In this document: positions 54,601-64,000 of the stretch, one piece after another
How the letters are laid out: each line of letters begins with the position of its first letter
Numbering within the stretch: the first letter of the stretch is position 1
DNA from: Vicugna vicugna
Lineage: Eukaryota
Length of the DNA stretch: 64,000 nt
Assembly: GCA_013265495.1 (NCBI GenBank)
Contig: MU057781.1
Coordinates: 682,001 to 746,000, forward strand
Reading direction: 5' to 3'
The notes under the pieces: generated by a model
What the model was told of the DNA's origin: nothing
What the model saw: only the letters and a program-made list of their open reading frames with translations
Database searches by the model: none
Translations under genes and position numbers: made by a program

Positions 54601-57600
54601 ACGTATTATGAGCATTTCGTGGGGGGGGGGGGTTGAGGCATCCAATCTGCTCTGTTGCAGGAGAGAGTTGTTCACTGCCTGAGAGCAAGAGTCTAAGGAC
54701 CAGAGAGGTTCAGTGATCTGCCCGTGTCACAGGGCCAACAAGCGGGGCGTCCGGGTCAGAACCCAAGTCTCAGGGTGGAGGGTGGTGCTGCAAAGGGGGG
54801 CGAGTTCACAGTGGGGCTGGGGAGCTGGCTAGAAGTGCTTCTGGGGGACAAGGGTGCCTGCAGTGGGCTCGGCTGATGGGAAGGGGCTCCAAGGAGCACA
54901 GGACATCGCCTGAGCTCACGGCACGTGAGCAGCCTGGGGGCCTGGGCTTCACGGGGAGAGGGGCTGTGGGCACAGGCCGGGGGCACCCGCTGTCTGCCAG
55001 GCACCAGTGAGCCCCGGGAGCGGGCGGCTGGGCGGGAGGCTCTATCCAGCCCCGCCACCGGGGAGCAGCCACAGCTGCCGTCCCGCCCTCACAGGAGCAG
55101 GCTGACTTTGAGACTGCTCGGCCAGCAGCATCCTGGGTGACCCCACGCAGCCCAGGACTCAGCTCAGGACCAGCCTGGGCCCCATGGGATCCCACATGCT
55201 GTGCCCACCGATGTCGCACACTTGGGGCTTCCCAGCCCAGCTCCAGGCCTCCCTGGTCCCCTTATCCCCGACGTGGCGTCTCTGGCCGGTGACTCATGTG
55301 CCCTGGGGTCAGTTTGGCCAGAGCAAACTAGGTGAACCAGGGGACCGCGCCCCTCCAGAAGCAGAGCGCTCGGTGAGGGCGCTGGTCTCCTGTGGGGTCC
55401 CTTGTAACCTGGCCCAAATGGGAGGCGTTTGGCCGGGACAGAAGTCACTTTTCCTCTGGAGCTCAGTGACACACCTCAGATCACACCTGTGTGCGCGTGT
55501 GCCTGTGGGTGCTGCTCTCTGCACGGGTCTCCATGCACGCGTGTGTCTGTGGTGTGCCTGCACAGCTGGGGGCACAGAGGTCCGGCACAAGGCCTCCTCG
55601 AGCGGCTGTGCTGAGCGCCAGCCCCGGGTCTGACAGACACATCCTGCCCGGAGCCTGCATGCTGCCCTGGGGTCCGGGCAACTTCCAAGCTGTGGGAAAG
55701 AGACGCAGCCGAGCTGCGTCCTCCCCAGGGACCTCGGGCATCCTCGGAGGCGCTGCGGGAGGGGCGGTGGTGCTGGGAAAAGCGTGTTGAGGCGAGAATG
55801 GGGCCTCGTGGCCGTGTACCGCCCCCTGCCCTGCCGGGAGCCGTCTCCTCCCGCGCCTCCTCCGGCCCCGGCTGCTGGGCCTCAGGCTGGCTGACGGGTG
55901 GGTTTATCCCCTGAGGCGCAGAGGCCACTGGCTGAGCCGACAAGAGCGAACAGTCTCACTCCTGCCCGTCTGCTCACGAAGCAGCAGGACCGCAGGCGGC
56001 CGCCGTGCCCCATCACCCGGGAGCGCCCTGGCCCACCGCGCAGAGCCCCGCACCTTTACCTAAGCCTCACCGAGTCAGTCAGGCCCTCCAACAGCTTTCG
56101 AGCAAACAGGTGGGATTTTCGAAGGTGCATCTATGGTCACTAAATGGCCTCACCCTGAGGGTAGCCTCCAATCAAAAGAGGAAGCTCTTTGTCCCAAAAG
56201 GTGCTCTGAGGTTCGCCTCTGAGTCCCTGGCAGATCCAGGTTGGGGTGACTGCGGTGCTGCCTGGGGACTCAGACAAGTACCCCTGTAGCACCAAGCCCA
56301 GTCCTCAGCACCCAACAGGGGCTTGTTGAAAGACTGAGTGAGTGAGTAAGCGAATGAATGAACGAGCAAATGGCTGAGCGAAAGAAGAATCGCAGAGCTG
56401 CCCCCTCCGCACTGGCCCCAGCCCCTTCCCAGGGCCCCCCTCCCAGGTGGCCCCCGCTGACCTGACAGTGCGCTTGGGCGACTTATTTTTTAAGATCCGT
56501 GGAATTTTGAAAATACGTAGGGAACCCAACCGTCTGCAAGACGAATGGAGTGTTCAGGCTGGAGCCGAGGAGAGAGTTGCCCTGGGTCTGCCACCCTGGG
56601 GGCCTCCGTACAGGACGGGACAGGACGGGATGGGGCAGGACCAGACCTCGCCAGGGTGGCCAGAGGAGGGCAAAAGCGGGAGGCAGGTTTCTGCCCGGTG
56701 AGCTAAGACCTCACAGTTCCAGCGCCGGCCTCCCTAGAACTGCCTGGCCGCCCCCGCGAGCTGTCCACCCGGGTGTGGCCACCTGAGACCACGCCGCGGA
56801 CCAGGCTGGAGCTCAGCGGAGGGGATGCCTCCCCGGTGCGAGGGGCCAGAGCAGAGGGACTGGCGCACGTGGTGGGGGCTCTCCCTGCCTGGGGAGCGGC
56901 TGACAGCCAGCCCCAGTGCAGCGTGCCCTCACGCAAGGGCAGCTGGCGTCTTGGTCCCACGCTGGTCCCACGCTGCGTTTGGATAAACAGAAGAAACGCA
57001 GGGATTGTTAAGGAAAAGTTGCTATTTTAAATTCCACCTCACAGTAAGTGCATGGTTTTATTTCAGACCTTTTCTTTAAAAAGAAATTTGCATATGTTTT
57101 TGATGGAAAGTGGATATTTAAGTTTTAATAAACCACATGGTTGCTTGTCTTGCAGGAGAGGGGTGGCGACAAAGCCTTTTAGCAGCCTGCGGCGGCCACA
57201 CCACCAGGAGGACGCTTACCCGAGGCTGCAGACTTCATGGAGCCTGGCCACTGCCCCGGCCCAGATGAGGCCACCCCAAGCCCACAGGCACTGGCCCGCC
57301 TGCAGGATGAACCTGGGCAAACACAGAGCAGAGTGTCGCGGCCAGAGCAGGAGCACGCCGGTCAGCACATGCGTTCTCCCCACTTCTGTGCCATCGCTGG
57401 CCAGGACCAGCTGCCCTCTCACTCCCCAGAGGGCCTCCCAGCCAGCGGGGGGCAGCTGCACCTCAGAGGAGGGCCATTTGAGGTGACAGCCACGGCAGGG
57501 GCCCTAAGAAATCAGCCCTGGGCCCCCAGGCCCCGAGGACCCACCTCCACACAACAGGGCCCGGCTGACGCACAAACCACGCCGGCTTCCTAGAGGCGCG

Positions 57601-57620
57601 AGGGGAGCCCGGGCGCCAAG

Positions 57621-57641
57621 GGCGCTGTCCCGGGTGCTGCC
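57621..57641 (-). promoter_or_regulatory. RE1/NRSE (REST-binding) site in STK32C intron 1
   Basis: Minus strand GGCAGCACCCGGGACAGCGCC = CAGCACC-nn-GGACAGCGCC with a perfect right half, inside a CpG-rich stretch. Confidence 0.7.
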
Positions 57642-59439
57642 CCAGCGCTGCCCAGCCGCACGCGCCCGCCGCCCTCCAGGGCCCACGGGGAAGAGTGGGG
57701 GGAGCAACTGTAATGGTGCAGTGGGTGCGGCAGGCGCGAGGGGCCTGCGGTCCGCCCTTCGGGAGAGCACGGCCTGGCCTGGCTTTGGAGAACTGGTCAA
57801 TTTATCGGCATCCGAGCACGGGGAGGGGGGCCGACACAGTTTACTCCAAAAGCCCATCAGAGTCTCAGATCCATCTATTCCGCCTCGTTTCCTCCAACGG
57901 CGTGATCTCACAGCGCCGGCAAACCGCAGAGCGGCCAGCGTCCATCACGGCCCCGAGCTGCTCACCCACACCCGGGACTCCAAGTCGGACGGGCTTCCTG
58001 TGCCTCCTCCGGGCTCAGTCGCCCCAGGAGACCCTCAGAGACCCCCCCATAAGAGATGCATCAGGCTCCAACCAAAGTCCCCCCAGGCCCGTCCGACCCT
58101 CCCTGCTCCTCCCTCCTGCTTCCCTGCGAGGAAGCAGAGGTGCCCCCACTTGGGTGGGGAGAGGGGAGGTTACGGGGACATCTGTCTGGGAAACGCAGGC
58201 TCCCCGGCCCTCTCTGGGCTGTGGCGTCTCTGTGGGTGGGAAGGAGCTTGTGTGCAGCCGAGAACACCCAGAACACCCGCGTCAGCTGCCCCCGCACCTC
58301 GTCCTGTCTCACACAGACCCGCACCCCGAGTCTGGACGCCATTTTCTGATGGCTAATTTTTCCAATCCCCAAAATATCAGAAGGTGGATGTATAGCTAGA
58401 AAACAGTACAGAGACAGCTGGGAAAACAACGCGCAAGGAAAGATGCAAGAAGCTGAGTTTTAAAGAGAATCATGAAATGCCGAAAAGCTGAGGTGTCTGA
58501 GGCCAGCGGGTGGCGTAGCCCACGGCCCACAGACGGAGCCCTGCCCCAGGCCTTGGCACAGGACGGGGGTCCGGGCCTTCACCCTGAGCTGGTTGCGAGG
58601 CATTTAAATGGGGTCCTGGGTGCCGGTTAAATGCAGTCGGAGCCTTCCCGTCACACACGCACACGACGTCTCCGCCCCGGGCACAGCTGCCCGAGTGACC
58701 AGGCTGGTCCACAGCCTGACAGCTCAGAGCAGACACCCCCAGGGATCGAGGACACAGCCGGCTCCCCCACAGCCCTGCTCCCCCTCTCTAACCACCCTCT
58801 TCTGGCTCAAGAGGCTGGATTACCATCCTGGCAAAGGGGTGTGTCTATTTTTGGCCAAACTTGAATAGAATTAAGGAAAGATATGATTTTCAGACAGAGC
58901 ACAAGGTTGCTGTTCTCTTGGGGGCTTCCAAAAATAAGAGTCAAAGAACTGAGCAGAGCCAGGAGTCTGCATCCTCGGGGACGTTCTAGTTTGTTGTTTC
59001 CAGGACAAAAACCCACATGACGTGCAGAGGGGGTGGCCGGACTGCAAGACGGTCCCGGAGAGCTGCACGGAGAGGACCAGGGCCCACCTGCTTGCACAGG
59101 CCTGGGCACAAAGCAGGCCGCAGCCCGCGCCCTTTCCCGCACAGGGAGGAGGCAGGCTGGGGCTCGCTGGGAAGTGTCGGCGTCCTGCCTCACCTGCGGC
59201 CCCAGCGGGCTTCTTCTCGTGAGGAGACCTTGGGCCTGGAGAGCCGGCCTGACCCCCGCTGGCCTCCACTGGACGGAGGCCTGAGACCCCTGAATCGCCT
59301 GCTGGCCTGCATCCCCTCGGGACATCCCCCCGAACACACACACACAGTGAATTCATAGGAGCTCTAGGGACGGGTGAGTGAACGTATCTGTAATTCTGGA
59401 GCAAGAGGGGCCCTTCTAAGGAGGAAGCAAAGCCCAGAA

Positions 59440-60310
59440 GCACAAAGGGAGACTGCTTGTCGGACGGGTTTGCCTTAATCCTATAAACGTCAGAAGCTTC
59501 TGTGTAGAGAAAAAGCAGCCCAGTTAAAAAAGTCAGAACAGTGCAAACTGGGAGAAGGCATCTGCAATAAATACCACCAGACCAAGGGCGAATCTCCTTG
59601 CATCACGGCAAACCCACACACCTTAGCGAGAAAAAGGCCGAGGCCCTGACGGGCCGGTCACTGCGACACTCGGGGCTCAGACCCAGGACAGCGTCCCCCT
59701 CACCCCACCAACGCGGCACGGAGACGCGCCCGGCCTCCGCCTGTGCTGGAGGCGGCGGGGAGGCTGGCTCACCCCAAGGCGCTGCGGCGGCGAGCGGGGG
59801 CCCTGCCGAAGCGACAGCGACCAGCGTGGGGGCACTCGCTCCTTAAGGCCACAGTGCAGCTGATGTGAATTCCATGTCAGTGACGCACGACGTTCATCGA
59901 GACCAACATGCAGTGACATTCACAACTTACACCTGCAGACCAGACAGGCCCAAGACAGCCCAGGGGCCCGTGACCGGGGTGGGAGCACCTCCAGTGAGCG
60001 GTACACAGACTGCCGTGCAGACGCCACAGGGCGTGTTGTTCACTGTGTAGACTGCAGACAACGGGTGTTGTCGAGTGGAATACTGCGTAGACCTTAAAAT
60101 CCAGGGGGACAGAAAGACGCCATGAAGCTTTGTAAAAGCCCAGGATGCCCCGGACACGACAGTCTGTTCCTGTAAACCAGGACCTCCACGCTGGCGGCAC
60201 ACGTGTGTGGAGACACGCACGCACACGCGCGTGACACAGCTTCACTGTCCATCCCCTAGTCCTCTGGGCGTGTGAGTATCTGAACCTGGAACGTGAATTA
60301 CTTTTTCATC
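59440..60310 (+). mobile_element. Very diverged L1M 3' fragment
   Basis: aaacgtcagaagcttctgtg, caaactgggagaaggcatctgcaataaata and gtggaatactgcg; boundaries uncertain. Confidence 0.5.
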
Positions 60311-60555
60311 CCAGCAGAGATGATCTGGGTGTGAGATTATGGGCTATTTTTGGTTTTCTTCTTTATGCTTCTCTATTTTGTTTTATTTTTTTAAAAGCGT
60401 TTGAAATGAGATACAGAAACAGCCCCAGCTGTCCCTTACTTCACCAGACCACCCCTACTGGGAGAAAGAATCCACCTGCCGACTCGCGTCTTCGGGGACG
60501 CAGACCCGTGTTTCTCATGCTCGTGTGAGTGACTTTTTTTAAAAAGTTAAAAAAA

Positions 60556-60719
60556 ATTTTTTTCCTTACTTTTTTTTTGTTTGTGGGGTTTTTTGGGGGG
60601 TGTATGTGGTAATTAGGTTTATTTATTTATTTATTTGTTTATTTAATGGAGGTACTGCAATTGAACCCAGGACCTTGAGCATGCTGAGCACGCTCTGCCT
60701 CTGAGCTATACCTTGCCCT
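60556..60719 (-). mobile_element. tRNA-derived SINE, camelid Vic-1-like
   Basis: Minus strand: agggcaaggtatagctcagaggcagagcgtgctcagcatgctcaaggtcctgggttcaattgcagtacctccattaaataaacaaataaataaataaataaacctaattacc...; A box (tatagctcag), B box (gggttcaatt), (TAAA)n then A-rich tail. Confidence 0.8.
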
Positions 60720-63339
60720 TACATGAATGGCTTTTTTTAAATAAAAGAACAAAATATTCTCACACAGCCCCAAGGATATCCTCCTGGAACCTGACCTGGA
60801 AAGCACTGGAAACACTGTCTAAAGAAATTAAAATCTTACCCCAAGAAGAGGGCTTCTGGGGCAAAATGAGCAGATGGGAGGTTCTCGCCCTGCAGCAGCT
60901 GGTCAGGTGGCTTTCACGGCCACCGTCCAGGGAAGCCCCTTCTCCCGGTGCTCGGGCCCTTAGGGTTGGCTCAGGGACCACGCAAGCCTCAGTCCTCAGC
61001 GGGAGAAGCTGGGCGGCCATCTCAGCCCGAGCAGGGAGGGAGGGGGCCAGACATCCCCGTGAGGCTGGAGCCGCGGCCAGGCCACCGTCTGACCGCATCC
61101 TGCCGACCCGGCCAAGGCGGAGCCCTGGCCACACACGCGCAGCCGCACGCACTGGGCCGGCGGGGGAGGGGTGCTGGGCTGCACCTGCAGCCACGCTGTG
61201 CTCAGAGAGACACGTGGAGCCCAGCTTAGCGGGGCCTGTGGCCGCAGCAGCCGTGAGGGCCTTGCAGAACCACCCACCACTGCTCCCAAAAAAAAGCAGA
61301 TTCACGCCACCCCCTCCCCAGGCCACGTGTCCCCGGGACAGCCAACGCGCCAGCTGGGACCGCAAAGGCTCCCGTGTCACCTTCCCCAGGTGTCGGGTGC
61401 TGCCGCCCTCACGTGGGGAGCAACGCCCCGAGACAGCCGCACGACGAGGGGCAGCACGGGCGGCAGTGCCCAGCCTGCCCCTGTGCCCGAGAGCCTTTGC
61501 CGCTTATTTAACTGATGGCCGCAGGCTGGGGGTGGGGGTGGTAATGTGCACTGAAGCCCCCACCCGAGGGAAAAAGAGTAAAGCCGATGACTGTTAGGAA
61601 GAGGCAGCAAAGGGCATTCTGATCGCTCAGCTGCCCTGTGACGAGACAAGGGGCCATCGGTTACATGTCCTGACACCAACTGCCTCTCCTCGCTGGAACT
61701 CAGCCATGGAGGTGACTCTGCTGCTCCTGTTTTGTCAACAGAGGGAAGGGAGACAAGCCAGCGGGACCGTATCCAGCCCCGAGCCCGCCCCTCGGAGGCC
61801 GGCCCTGCCCCGAGCTCGCAGGGTCAAGGGAGCCCACGCCCTTCGCTCCCCCACAAAGGGCCACCACCAGCACAGACCCCCACACAGGCGGCAGACCAGG
61901 CGTGGCGCCCAGGGGAGCGAATGGTGAGGCCTGGGCAGAGCGGGTGGGCACCCTGCGGTGGGGGGCAGGGCCGGACTGGGCACCCGGGAGTCAGCCAAGG
62001 CCGTGGACCCAGGGTGACGCCCACCCATGTCAGCATCTGCAGACCCTGCGAAGCAGCCCTGGGAAGGCCCTCCCCACCCCGCGCCGCACGGCTCAGGGAT
62101 GAGTGCAGAGACGCGCGAAGGCTGGAGGCACTCAGAGGGGCCTGTAGGACATGGGCAGAGCAGACTGGCGCAAAGGGGCTACTAGAAAATAAGAAATGTC
62201 ACTGAGGCACAGAGGTTTTGAGGATCGAAGGCTGAGCAGCGTCCCAGGCAGCCTTTCCCAGCTGTGCCACCCAGCAGCCTGGACACCCCTCCCCTGGGGC
62301 TGAAATGGGCCAGAGACATCCGGAAGGGAGGGCACACATGGTGATGGGAGCTCCTGGCCCATGCTGGGGGAGGGTCTGGCCTCAGGAAGGGGCCACCCCT
62401 ACCCCCCGCGCACAGAGGAAGCAGGTGAGGAGCAGTTTGCTCCCTGGAATGAATGGGGCATCGTTCTTCCCTCCAGCTGGAAAAGCTGGGAGGGTCCGGC
62501 TGGCTTTCTGCATCGTGGCGTCTGCTGCAGAGCCGAGGCAGCTGGAGGAGAGGAGGGTGCAGACGGAGGCTGTCATGGAGATGACCCCGAGCGACAGCGA
62601 GGGGCGTGTGCGGTGACAGCACACGGTCTGGCTCCGCGGTGGCGGTGACAGTGTGGAAGCAACCAGCTGTCGCCTCCCACCTCTCCTCCCCAGGGCCCCA
62701 GATGGCGCCCACTTCTCCCAGACTGGCGCCCAGCAGGCCCTGCCCAGCCCCCACCACAGCCAGTGGCCAGGCGCCCAAAGGAGCAGAGGGTGCAGCACCC
62801 CGCAACCGTCAGCCATGATGAGGGAGCCCACAGCGCCGACCAGTACCTGTCTGGCTCAGAACACACTCCTCTTTGTCACAGATTCTCTAAATCTGGGACT
62901 TGCCGTTGAGGACTTTTCGGGCATCTGCAGCCTCCAGCCCCACTGGCCAAACGAAGCACAGCATCTCATGGGCCCAGGGGTATGGCATTAAAGGGGCGAC
63001 TTCACCACCAGGCCCGAGACCACCCAGACCCAGACCACCTGTTGCCAGGAGGGTCTAGCCGGGGGTGCCGGGCTGAAAGGGGAGGCTCAGATGTCAGCCT
63101 CGAGCCCAGGAGGTGGTGGCTGGAGGTGGGGCACACAGGACGGTGCAGGTGCCGAGCAGCGCAGCCACCCATGCAGACCTGCAGGCCTTTCCATCCAGAT
63201 AAACCACTCAGGGGCTGCAGCCCTGGGACCCCCCACCCCAAAGGCCCAAGGGAAACTCAGTGTAGATCCCCAGATTTAAGGGCTGGGTGCTCAGTGAACA
63301 GCTCCCCCCGCCAAGGGGCTGATGTTCTAACTTGGGGAC

Positions 63340-64000
63340 ACTGATGATAAACAGTTAATAGGTGGGATAACAAATGGAAAAACAGAAAAACAGCACGACT
63401 GTACACTTCAACATACAGTTACATTAAAGCAAATGGATTAACATTCCAATTACAAAGCAGTCATTTTCAGACTGGAGTTTAAAAAGCAAGCATCAGCCGT
63501 GTGCTATTTATAAAGGAACCACATCCCACGGAAGGTACCGGCGAGAGGTGAAGGGTGGAGACCAACCAAAGAAAGTGGGGCAGCCACGTTACTATCAAAG
63601 CAGGCCTGAGGCCAAGGAACATTACCAGGCGTTTCCTAAGGATAAAAGGTTCAGATTGTCCCGGACACAGCAGCACCGAGCATACATGCAGCCAAATACA
63701 CGAGGCAAAGCCAACCGGAGAAAAGGAAGAAACGGACTAACCAACAGGGCTGGAGATTTCACCATCCCTCTCTGTTACTGACAGACAGGAAAAAAAAGGA
63801 GAGAGAGAAAACACAACACTGGCAGGAGTGAAGCGAGGCATCACTACAGACATTAAAAGAAAAGTAACCTCCTTGCGCCAACAAACACAGCAACCTGGAC
63901 GAAATGGACAAGCTCCATCCTTCAAGGACGGGTCACCAACACTAACACGAGAAGACACGGAAAATCTAAACACCCCGTATCTATCAACAAAATCGAGTTT
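63340..64000 (+). mobile_element. L1M ORF2 endonuclease-region fragment, running off the window end
   Basis: aaatggattaacattccaattacaaagcag, tgtgctatttataaaggaaccac, ggagatttcaccatccctctct and caacctggacgaaatggacaa; frameshifted. Confidence 0.8.

Noticed and set aside
60713-61597. Longest non-exonic ORF (294 aa, +)
   Set aside because: Begins at TTG inside the SINE head, has low-complexity Pro/Ala/Arg composition, no recognisable domain and no splice context. It is expected at this GC content.
44737-64000. Canonical STK32C exon 1 (MRSGAERR...PVFDDKED)
   Set aside because: I looked for it on the minus strand and did not find it; it probably lies beyond the window end. DPYSL4 exons 1-3 are likewise absent from 1-1240.

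Overview
Mammalian genomic DNA, very GC-rich. It is probably camelid, judged from one tRNA-derived SINE with a Vic-1-like head and tail at ~60.56-60.72 kb. Two convergent multi-exon genes were reconstructed exon by exon from GT-AG boundaries. (1) DPYSL4/CRMP3, + strand: coding exons 4-14 at 1241-9030 (1406 nt including stop); exons 1-3 lie upstream of the window. (2) STK32C/YANK3 kinase, - strand: coding exons 2-12 at 44736-11820 (1190 nt including stop); the canonical exon 1 was not found and presumably lies beyond 64000. The rest is intronic: many old, strongly GC-shifted L1 relics, an MLT1D-like LTR, a MER34/MER4-group ERV1 remnant and several minisatellites. Nearly all entries in the supplied ORF track are GC-content artefacts. 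I found no new gene system. The best leads are regulatory or splicing-level: a candidate alternative STK32C first exon in frame with exon 2 (MGHET|VNLDHF), a 191-bp ~96%-identical direct duplication flanking STK32C exons 9-10, two near-consensus REST/RE1 silencers (one per gene), a DR2/DR1 nuclear-receptor half-site cluster, possible tail-to-tail 3'UTR overlap, and three frame-preserving stop-free introns. Gene identities, exon numbers and repeat family names rest on my recollection of the human proteins and repeat consensi, not on a database search.
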